Shown here: piece after piece, positions 1 to 8,113 of the stretch
How the letters are laid out: every line of letters starts with the position of its first letter
How positions within the stretch are numbered: the first letter of the stretch is position 1
Assembly: GCA_943788985.1 (NCBI GenBank)
Contig: CALSSJ010000013.1
Location: forward strand, 40,784-104,783
Source: an uncultured Lentisphaerales bacterium
GTDB lineage: Bacteria; Verrucomicrobiota; Lentisphaeria; JABSQK01; UBA12247
DNA: 64,000 nucleotides
Reading direction: 5' to 3'
Position numbers and translations under genes: made by a program
Notes under the pieces: generated by a model
What the model was told of the DNA's origin: nothing
Database searches by the model: none
What the model saw: the letters and a program-made list of their open reading frames with translations, nothing else

Positions 1-261
1 CCAACGCAGACCGCCCGACGGGCAGGGCACGCCCAACTGGATCGGGAGCGAAGCGCCAATCTCCAGTTTCCAAGTGAGGGCCGTAGGAAGCGTGCTCCAC
101 GCCGTTGGATATTGGACACATCGACTCGATGCAGCTACTGTTCCCGGGAAGGGCCTGGCATTTAAACCTAGCTGAGTGACCCTACACCGAAGGATCGAAT
201 TATCCCACTATTTGAGCATATCCGGCACCAACCTCCACGCACGCTGACGCAGGAAAGACCG

Positions 262-702
262 TTGATGATCGCCTGTTGTCCCTTGCGTAGCCATGTGAAT
301 CTATCGACTATTATTCGGACGGCGGGCTGCAGCGGCGTCCGCGACGTGATCGCTACAGGTGCCGCCAAGCTGGTGAACAAGATCACGCGTGACGGTGCCG
401 AGCATGTGACGCTGACGGTTCGCAACAGCCTACCGCCGGTGCTAAGGGAACTGAAGCAGCAAGGCTTTACGCTTGTGGGGCTGGAGCAGACGACAAATTC
501 CACCCTGCTTTGCGAATACGCCTTTCCGCGCGAATCTGTGATCGTTGTGGGCTCCGAGCGCGAAGGTCTGTCAGATGCCTGCCTGGCACTGTTAGACGCT
601 GTAGTCGAAATTCCCGTGTGGGGCATGCCCTATTCGTATAACGTGGCCACTGCGACATCGCTGGCGATCTACGAATATTGTCGACAACATCCAGACGGTT
701 GA
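262..702 (+). CDS. TrmH/SpoU family RNA methyltransferase (true start probably ~60 nt upstream)
   Basis: NLSTIIRTAGC, VIVVGSEREGL and IPVWGMPYSYNVATA SPOUT motifs; frame is open upstream to about 172. Confidence 0.85.
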   Translation: MMIACCPLRSHVNLSTIIRTAGCSGVRDVIATGAAKLVNKITRDGAEHVTLTVRNSLPPVLRELKQQGFTLVGLEQTTNSTLLCEYAFPRESVIVVGSEREGLSDACLALLDAVVEIPVWGMPYSYNVATATSLAIYEYCRQHPDG

Positions 703-1476
703 GTGCGAACCGTCAGCCCGATTGGCCGGGTACACGGGGAGAGATAACCCGCCGAACACGCGCAATGACGCCGGAACAATGGCTAGAAGATTAGCAGTAG
801 TGTGCTGTTGCTGGGGCGCAACCTTTTCGTGTGTTTGCCGGGCAATTTTTCATGCACCATTCGGACAGCCCCTAGCCAGTACGCAGGTCGCATATCACCC
901 CTGAAACAATTAGCCCAGCCACAACCTCGCGAAGAGCGTGACATATGAACAATAGGCGATGGTGTGCGGTTGACCGCTGGTGGGCCGCTGGTTTCCATCC
1001 TGTGATCCTGTCAAAAAGCAGCCAATGGCTGACATTCGATTGTAACTGGTCGGAGGATTGGGGACGTTTTACCAGTGATCGCGGTGGTCACTCTGCGGGA
1101 GGTCACCAATCTGATCGTGGCGTTTGGCTCGGTGCTAGTGGGGAAGCCGCTGATTAGCCGAAGTTTGGGGAGGTGGACGGTCTTCGTAGTTGCTCCGAGA
1201 TCTCTGCTATTTACCGTGGCGTCGGTAAAAATTTCACTGACCGAGGACTGGCCCATTCTGGTTGAATTAGTGGTCGCGGGTTGGGACTGGACTGATGAGC
1301 TGGCCAAGTATAGGCAACAAAGGAGCTCGGCTAATCGAAGGATTGAGCGGGCTTGGAAAACCAGAATCTCTCTTCGCACGGCTGCTTCGGGTTCTCTTTT
1401 GCGTTTTTCAGGCTATACTGATAGTCTCATCAGGGGCGCACCCTGCGCAATCACAAAGACACAGGAAGACAGAGAC

Positions 1477-2127
1477 ATGGCACAGCTGAAAACCACATTA
1501 CTCGCAGTTCTCGTATGTATTGCCACAATGAGCCTAGTTTCTGGTTGCGGTAGTAAAGAAAAGCCAGCCGACACGCGAGCAAGCCAGACAGGTGATACTG
1601 GAGACGCTGCAGCTCAAGCAGAGGCCGTAGCCGCGAAGGCCCAGGCAGAATCCGAGGCGCTTGACGCTGCCGCAGAAGCCGTCGTACAGAAAGCCGTTCA
1701 GGAGGCAGCCGCAGCAAAGGCCAAGGCTGATGCGGAAGCGATGGCACGCAAGGCAGCTGCAGAAGTAGCTGCACAGAAAGCTGCCCAAGAGGCAGCCGCA
1801 GCAACGGCCGCGGAGGAGGCACGCAAGGCAGCTGCCGCTATCCAAGCAGCCGCTCTGAAAGCCGCACAGGGCAAGTACGATGGTGCACTCGCGGTCATCA
1901 ATACGTATATTGCCAGCGGCGACTATCCAGCCGCGCTGAAGGGAATCCAGGACACTCTGTCGCTGTCGAATCTCTCCAACCCTCAGCAGAGTACGCTCAA
2001 TACCCTCATGGGGACAGTCAAGGAGAAGATGGCTGCCGCTGCGCTCAAGGAAGCGGGCGTCGACGAAGCCACGCAGAAGGCCGCAACTGGCGCAGCCAAG
2101 GCCCTCGGCGGTTTGCTCAACAAGTAG
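1477..2127 (+). CDS. Ala-rich predicted lipoprotein (helical/coiled-coil)
   Basis: Signal peptide with lipobox-like VSG-C; repeats of QKAAQEAAAA type; ATG at 1477 chosen over the upstream extension. Confidence 0.75.
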   Translation: MAQLKTTLLAVLVCIATMSLVSGCGSKEKPADTRASQTGDTGDAAAQAEAVAAKAQAESEALDAAAEAVVQKAVQEAAAAKAKADAEAMARKAAAEVAAQKAAQEAAAATAAEEARKAAAAIQAAALKAAQGKYDGALAVINTYIASGDYPAALKGIQDTLSLSNLSNPQQSTLNTLMGTVKEKMAAAALKEAGVDEATQKAATGAAKALGGLLNK

Positions 2128-2153
2128 GGCTGCGACAAGGCTCTTCGATCATG

Positions 2154-2173
2154 CCCCGCACTCGGCGGGGTTT
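2154..2173 (+). terminator. Probable intrinsic terminator
   Basis: CCCCGC-actcg-GCGGGG hairpin followed by TTT, about 26 nt after the stop codon. Confidence 0.55.
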
Positions 2174-2572
2174 GATTGGAGCACGCCGGAGGTCGTCTAG
2201 CATCCTGGCGGACATAGCGTCGCCGGCTGCAAACCTCCTACATTTGCAATTTTTTCCAGCGATTGCGGTTACTCATTCACGATATGCGCCCTTCAGTCGC
2301 TGAAATCTGCACGACATTGATACAATTTTTTGCTTCGTCGACGACAGACTGCTAGTCTGTATAATTGACGCGACTGGCTGCACCTCTGATCCGGAGTCAC
2401 TAGGAATCAGTTTTCGCCAGCTAGATAAGTTTGTGGGAAGATACGAGGGCCTTTCGGTACTCCACAATACTGGCAACACCTCGCCGATGGCCACCGACGC
2501 AGGGCAGGGGAGTTGCCGAGCCAGCGCGCCTGAGTAGCGTTTGCTGTCCACAATCACCACAGGCTGACTGAT

Positions 2573-3382
2573 ATGCTCGATTATTTGTTCTACGCCTCGC
2601 TGCCTTTCGCCTTGGTGGGCTTGATTGCCTACGGAGTCTTTGGTTCCAATGGCAACGAGCGCATCTTCCGGGTGGCCGCGATGTGCTCGGTTGTTTCGTT
2701 TGCTCTGCTGTCTGGAGCCCTCATCCTGCTTGTCATTCAGCAAGGGACACAGCTGGTCGCCAATTCTGTGGCACGCTACGTCCTGGCTGCCTGGTTCTCG
2801 ATGTTGGTGAACCTGATTGCGGTGCATCGTTTCGGCGTGCGGCTGCTTGGTGCCATCGTCATGCCGGTCTCCTTCCTGTTGCTGTTGCATGCCGTGTTCA
2901 CGGCGCAAGACCCCATACCCACACTGGCGCACGTGCAAGGCCTTCCGGTGTACCTGCATATCATTTTCGTCTTCCTCGGGCTGGCATTAGTCTTGGTCGC
3001 GTTCGGCGCTGCGATGCTGCGGATCTGGAAAGCACGAAATCTGAAGGGCCATCGCCTCGATGATCGCCTTCCCTCTCTGGCTACCTTAGATCGGCAAATG
3101 GCGGTGGCCTTCGATGGTGGTTTTCTGCTGTTGACGCTGGGGGTCTTGCTTGGGTTTGCCTCTGGCTGGATGTGGGATGCGAAAGTCGTGACAGCAGCGA
3201 TGATTTGGGCCGTTTATGCCGGGGTGTTTGTTGCGCACCACTTAGGCCAGTTAGGGTTTGGCGGACTCGCACGGTCGGTCGTTGCACTGTTCCTTGGCAT
3301 CTCGCTGTCGTTCGTCTTCGCAGGGCATAGCGATCAGCAGGGCCAGCAGGAAATGCCTGCGGAACAGTCGGAAGCGCCATGA
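2573..3382 (+). CDS. Cytochrome c assembly CcsA/HemX-like membrane protein
   Basis: About 8 TM segments, LHIIF, RLPSLATLD and WMWDAK motifs; overlaps hemA (ATGA). Confidence 0.8.
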   Translation: MLDYLFYASLPFALVGLIAYGVFGSNGNERIFRVAAMCSVVSFALLSGALILLVIQQGTQLVANSVARYVLAAWFSMLVNLIAVHRFGVRLLGAIVMPVSFLLLLHAVFTAQDPIPTLAHVQGLPVYLHIIFVFLGLALVLVAFGAAMLRIWKARNLKGHRLDDRLPSLATLDRQMAVAFDGGFLLLTLGVLLGFASGWMWDAKVVTAAMIWAVYAGVFVAHHLGQLGFGGLARSVVALFLGISLSFVFAGHSDQQGQQEMPAEQSEAP

Positions 3383-4635
3383 TCCCATATGTCGTCGGAC
3401 TCAACCATGAGCATGCAGGTGTTGAAGTCCGTGAGAAGCTTGCGTTTTCGGACAGCAAAAAGACCTCGGTCGGACGCGAAATTCGTGCTGCGATCGGCGA
3501 GGTGGTGGTCGTTTGTACCTGCAACCGCACGGAAATATTTGGCCTTGCCGTCGACGCTGGTGGGGTGAATAGGGCAGGGCAGTTGTTGGGCCAAGCTGCC
3601 GATTTTTCTGACGAGATGCGCGCGAACATGTTTTACACGCACACTGGCGACGCAGCACTCGAGCACGTCTATCGGGTAGCAGCGGGCCTCGAGTCAATGG
3701 TGATCGGAGAGCCTCAGATTCTGGGACAGATCAAGGATGCGTTTACGCATGCCGAGGAAGTCAAAATTAGCGCTGATGTCATGGGCAAAATCCAGCAGCA
3801 TTTACTGGAGACCGTGAAGCGGGCGCGCCATGAGTCGCGCGTGGGCTTCGGCCAGGTTTCAATCAGCACACTCGCTGTACAACTGGCACGTGACATCTTC
3901 GAGTGCCTCGCGGACAAGACCATTACCTTGGTCGGCGCGGGTGAGATGGCTGAACTCGCCGCCCAGCATTTCGCGGCGGCTGGCGGGCGTATCGTCGTCG
4001 TCAACAGAAGTGAGGAGCGAGGCCAAGCGCTGGCGGGCCGATTTAACGGGTCGTATCGACCATGGGAATCTCTAGGCGCGAGCCTGAGCCAGGCCGATGT
4101 GGTGGTTTGTTCAACGGCAAGCGAGGAGCCGGTTTTGACCCGAGAGCTCGTCGCCGGTGCTATGCGCCGACGGAAGACGCCGCTTTTCGTCATCGACATT
4201 GCCATCCCCCGTGATGTGGCGGCAGACGTCAGCGATCTGCGCGAAGTCTATGTCTATAATCTGGATGACCTACAGAAGTTGATCGCAGAAAACCAGCAGC
4301 GGCGACAGGAGTGCGCCGCGATTGCCTCGCGAATCATCCGTGAGGCGCTAGCCAAGGGTTCACCGCTTGCTTCTGACATCGTCGGGCCGGTCATCTCGTC
4401 GCTCCGCTCGCGGGTGAGCAGCGTCAGCGATGGAGAGCTTGCGCGCCTGTTTCAGAAGCATCCGGATTGGAACGAGCGCGAACGTGAGGCCGTCCGGCAA
4501 GCTGTGACCAGAATCACAAACAAGGTGCTTCATGATCCGATCATCGCGCTGCGAAGTGATTCATCAGGCGAAAGCCATCAGCGATCGACGTTGCTGGTGA
4601 ACTTTAAGCGGTTCTTCAATTTGGACGACGGCTAG
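3379..4635 (+). CDS. hemA: Glutamyl-tRNA reductase
   Basis: GLNH..A.VEVREKLAF, CTCNRTE, GLESMVIGEPQILGQ, GAGEMA, DIAIPRDV. Confidence 0.97.
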   Translation: MIPYVVGLNHEHAGVEVREKLAFSDSKKTSVGREIRAAIGEVVVVCTCNRTEIFGLAVDAGGVNRAGQLLGQAADFSDEMRANMFYTHTGDAALEHVYRVAAGLESMVIGEPQILGQIKDAFTHAEEVKISADVMGKIQQHLLETVKRARHESRVGFGQVSISTLAVQLARDIFECLADKTITLVGAGEMAELAAQHFAAAGGRIVVVNRSEERGQALAGRFNGSYRPWESLGASLSQADVVVCSTASEEPVLTRELVAGAMRRRKTPLFVIDIAIPRDVAADVSDLREVYVYNLDDLQKLIAENQQRRQECAAIASRIIREALAKGSPLASDIVGPVISSLRSRVSSVSDGELARLFQKHPDWNEREREAVRQAVTRITNKVLHDPIIALRSDSSGESHQRSTLLVNFKRFFNLDDG

Positions 4636-4864
4636 CAGAAGCCGCTGGTCATGGCAGCAGATCCTGGGCTTGGTCCGCGAGTTGCGAATTCCTCGAGGAT
4701 GCGCCGGCTCCGCAGAACGAAGCTATTCTGCGCCAATCGGGAAACTGCCGCTGGTTCTCGACAGGTTATCAACAGTCGATGTTTGCAGACTTGTCAACAG
4801 GCAGCTTAAGTTCCATCATATCAATGACTTAGGTTGATTAAATGAACTCCATCGCCGAACCTCA

Positions 4865-4892
4865 ATTAAACATAACATATATTATGCGACGT
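4865..4892 (-). other. dif: dif site (XerC/XerD chromosome dimer resolution)
   Basis: Minus strand ACGTCGCATAA-TATATG-TTATGTTTAAT vs E. coli GGTGCGCATAA-TGTATA-TTATGTTAAAT (21/28; XerD arm 10/11); intergenic; KOPS orientation flips here. Confidence 0.85.
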
Positions 4893-5049
4893 AGCAATGA
4901 GAACCCGCTAGGCGTCTTGGGCTACTCGCTTTTCATTTTCACGGTCCTAAGGTGTCCAGACGTTCTAAACCTGACCTTGGAGATTCGCGCTGTAAGAATC
5001 CACGGGCTCCGGTTTAGTGTTCAGCAGTTCATCAGCAAGGGATTTTGTC

Positions 5050-5871
5050 ATGAGTAAGTTGCGTCTTAATCTGTTGCTCCTTGGCTGGCTGGTAAGCCTG
5101 TGGGCAACGTCTGCCCAGGAATCAATCCGCTATAGCGTGCTTTACTATCCGTACGACGTGTCGCAGGAGCGAGCGATTGCGCGGCCGCATCCTGATTATT
5201 CGGGGTGGCCCGACACTCGCATGACCCGCGATATCGAGCGCATTGCCAGATCAGGGATTCAAGAGATTATCGTCTTCTACCAGCCAGATGAAGTGCGCGA
5301 CAAGGAGCGCCTGTCGCGGCTGCGACGCTTTCACGAGCTTGCCTCCGTACAAAAGGGCCTGCTCGTGCAAGTGGTCGTGAATTGCGCAGGGATTCCTTTG
5401 GCTGGGTATGAGAGCTTTCTCAATCGCTTGGCGGCTCTAAATCTGCAAGGTTTTAGCAGTACAGCCCAGCAGCAACGCAAGCCTGTCCTGATGCTGCGTG
5501 ATGCCGGCCATCTGAAACTGGTTAGTCACCCGGCACTCAGAATGGAGACCTATCCTTGGACTCGTGCCTTTGAGTCGAAGCGAGTGGCAGGCGCGCTGGT
5601 CAGCGGAGAGCACAACGACGGCGGGATCGTGATCCCGGTGGCACGCATTGACACCGAGCAATGGGCACAAGGCAAGGAAGTGTGGCTGATCAAACGCCGC
5701 CGCGCGCGGGCGCTGATCCGCAGCCTGAAGGGAGCCCAGGAACTGGGCTTCACACGCGTGATCCTGGACAGCTGGAACAACTACCGGACGGGGAGCTTTC
5801 TCGAGCCCAATCTGCTCGATGGGGACACCGTCCTACAGGCGCTGCGGAAGCATCTTGGCCTTGAGGAATAG
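5050..5871 (+). CDS. Exported GH99/GH71-like TIM-barrel protein, catalytic motif degenerate
   Basis: Signal peptide; LYYPYD, RDIERIARSGI and C-terminal ILDSWNNYRTGSFLEP resembling GH99 ITSFNEWHEGTQIEP. Confidence 0.5.
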   Translation: MSKLRLNLLLLGWLVSLWATSAQESIRYSVLYYPYDVSQERAIARPHPDYSGWPDTRMTRDIERIARSGIQEIIVFYQPDEVRDKERLSRLRRFHELASVQKGLLVQVVVNCAGIPLAGYESFLNRLAALNLQGFSSTAQQQRKPVLMLRDAGHLKLVSHPALRMETYPWTRAFESKRVAGALVSGEHNDGGIVIPVARIDTEQWAQGKEVWLIKRRRARALIRSLKGAQELGFTRVILDSWNNYRTGSFLEPNLLDGDTVLQALRKHLGLEE

Positions 5872-5886
5872 GCTCCCTCCCCTACC

Positions 5887-7725
5887 GTGAGTGTCATTCG
5901 CATACTGCCGGAAGAGGTCAGCAACCGCATTGCTGCGGGGGAAGTCGTGGAGCGACCAGCCTCGGTCGTCAAGGAGCTCGCAGAAAATGCCCTTGATGCC
6001 GGTGCCGGCCGCATCGCGATCCAGATCCAACGAGGTGGCCGGAGCCTGATCCGTGTGATCGACAACGGCTGCGGCATGGATGCGGAAGACGCCCAGCTAT
6101 GCCTGGAGGCGCATGCTACCAGCAAACTCAAAACGGCGGATGATATCTCGCAGATCGCGACGATGGGGTTTCGCGGAGAGGCCATTCCCAGTATTGCCTC
6201 GGTCAGCCGATTCGCACTGCAGACACGCACGGTGAGCAACGATGTGGGGGTGGAACTCTCTGTAGCTGGTGGCGTACTGGAGGACTTGGTGGATTGCGGT
6301 TGCGCCCCGGGGACTTCTGTGACCGTGCGGAATTTGTTCTACAATGTACCAGCGCGCCAGAAGTTTCTACGGGCGATTCGCACCGAGGAAACCCACATCG
6401 AAGCCCTAGTAGTGATGCTGGCGCTTTCACATCCTGACGTGGCTTTTCAACTGACGTTCGATGGCCGCGTGATTATCGATGTGCATAAGAACACCGATCT
6501 GGCTACGCGCGTGCACCTGCTGCTGGGACGAGACCTCTCGGACGTCTTGCTCCCGGTGGACTTTCAGGAACTTGCCGTCCGGGTGCATGGCTTTGTGGCC
6601 CGACCTGGGTTAACCCGGAGCTCTCGGAAGGAGCAGCGCACGTTTGTGAATGGCCGGCCAGTTGAGGCCCGGGCCATCTATGCGGGTATCCGAGATGCGT
6701 ACCACACTCTCGTCACCAAGGGGCGCTATCCGCCGGTCGTTCTGTTCGTCGAGCTCCCGCCTGAGCAGGTTGATATCAACGTGCATCCGGCTAAGCGCGA
6801 GGTTCGTTTTTTCAACGATCGCATCGTGACGCAGACGGTTTGCACTGGAGTTCAACGCTCACTTCGGGCTCTGGTCACCACCCCTGACTTCTTACCCGGA
6901 CCTGCGGTGCAGGCACCGCAGGCTGCCACGAGTTCCCCTCCCGAGGCTGCTCCCGCTGCGGCAGGAGCTCTGGGAGTTTCGCCCCCCGGCCCGACAGCAC
7001 CGCAACCGAGGGCACCAGTCACAGTTCCCCTTCCGCGAATCCCCTCCCCTGCGCCACACCAACCAGACCTACCCCGCCCGCCGGCATCATCCCGGTCGGC
7101 GACTGCTCTGCCGGTAGGCCCGCAGCCGGGTAGTGCCGCTAGTGGAGAGCTCAAGGCGCTCACAACGGTAGGGCGTCTGGGACGGTCGCTGGTTCTGGCT
7201 GAAGGCAAGGATGGTCTGGTCGTGCTCGATGTCCGTGCTGCCCATGAACGCATCGTCTTTGAGCGCATGCTCGAAGGCTTGGGAGAGGCCCAGGCACCAT
7301 CCCAGGGACTGCTTATCCCTTTGACCATAGATCTGACGCCAGCTGACTCGCGGACACTGGGACGTAACATGCAAGAATTGGAACGCCTGGGGTTTGCCAT
7401 CGAGGAAATCAGCGGCAATAGTTTTCTGGTTTCCGCGGTGCCAACCTTGTTTCCCAATGAGAATTTGCATGGCATGCTGCGCGAAATCCTGGATGAATTG
7501 GCGGAAGAATCAGCCAAGCGGAAACGCGGAGATGAACGGCGCGTGGCGCGCATTGCCTGTCGAGCAGCAGCCGGTGCCCGGGGGGATTTCAGCGATGAGG
7601 AAGTGCAGGTGCTGATGGCCGATTTGCTCAAAACCCAGATGCCCTACACGTGCCCAGCTGGACGTCCTACCATGATCAGTATATCAAATCGAGAGTTGGA
7701 GCGTAGATTTGGACGTCAGCTATGA
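5887..7725 (+). CDS. mutL: DNA mismatch repair protein MutL
   Basis: IAAGEVVERPASVVKEL, HATSK, MGFRGEA, VDINVHPAKREV; Pro-rich linker; C-terminal AHER and CPAGRP. Confidence 0.97.
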   Translation: MSVIRILPEEVSNRIAAGEVVERPASVVKELAENALDAGAGRIAIQIQRGGRSLIRVIDNGCGMDAEDAQLCLEAHATSKLKTADDISQIATMGFRGEAIPSIASVSRFALQTRTVSNDVGVELSVAGGVLEDLVDCGCAPGTSVTVRNLFYNVPARQKFLRAIRTEETHIEALVVMLALSHPDVAFQLTFDGRVIIDVHKNTDLATRVHLLLGRDLSDVLLPVDFQELAVRVHGFVARPGLTRSSRKEQRTFVNGRPVEARAIYAGIRDAYHTLVTKGRYPPVVLFVELPPEQVDINVHPAKREVRFFNDRIVTQTVCTGVQRSLRALVTTPDFLPGPAVQAPQAATSSPPEAAPAAAGALGVSPPGPTAPQPRAPVTVPLPRIPSPAPHQPDLPRPPASSRSATALPVGPQPGSAASGELKALTTVGRLGRSLVLAEGKDGLVVLDVRAAHERIVFERMLEGLGEAQAPSQGLLIPLTIDLTPADSRTLGRNMQELERLGFAIEEISGNSFLVSAVPTLFPNENLHGMLREILDELAEESAKRKRGDERRVARIACRAAAGARGDFSDEEVQVLMADLLKTQMPYTCPAGRPTMISISNRELERRFGRQL

Positions 7726-7744
7726 AGCCGCCCCGGTGTCAACG

Positions 7745-8113
7745 ATGAGTGTTCGTCTTCTTCCGTTTCTTGTCATTAGCGTGCTGCTTTTTGGCTGTCT
7801 GCATGTCGAGCCCCGGTCGCCCGGTGATCTTCTGCACCATGTCGTTCTCTGCTGGCTTCATGACAGTGGAAATTCAGCGCAACAGGCCGCTATTATTGAG
7901 ACTTCGCGCACCTTTTCCCAGATCCCTGGCGTGGTCTCGGTGACTGCTGGTGAGATGGTTCCCAGCTCACGTGCGCTGGTCGATAGCAGCTTCGATGTCG
8001 GGATTTGCCTGACGTTCAGGAACCAGGCAGACCTCGATACCTGTCTGACGCATCCGCTGCACCTGGCTGCGGTTAAGACCGTGCTTAGGCCCATCGTGTC
8101 GAAACGTGTATGA
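7745..8113 (+). CDS. Dabb (stress-responsive A/B barrel) lipoprotein
   Basis: Lipobox LFG-C; LHHVVLCWL, FDVGICLTF, HPLH; the expected VYDF end lies in another frame (8107-8118), suggesting a late frameshift. Confidence 0.75.
   Translation: MSVRLLPFLVISVLLFGCLHVEPRSPGDLLHHVVLCWLHDSGNSAQQAAIIETSRTFSQIPGVVSVTAGEMVPSSRALVDSSFDVGICLTFRNQADLDTCLTHPLHLAAVKTVLRPIVSKRV

Noticed and set aside
703..1476. ORFs 1011-1379 (-) and the 1075 extension
   Set aside because: No recognisable motifs or RBS; a small gene cannot be excluded but is unsupported.
4700..5000. oriC interpretation of the AT-rich region with DnaA-like boxes
   Set aside because: Only two imperfect boxes; KOPS converge on it and the plus strand shifts from G-rich to C-rich, which indicates a terminus.
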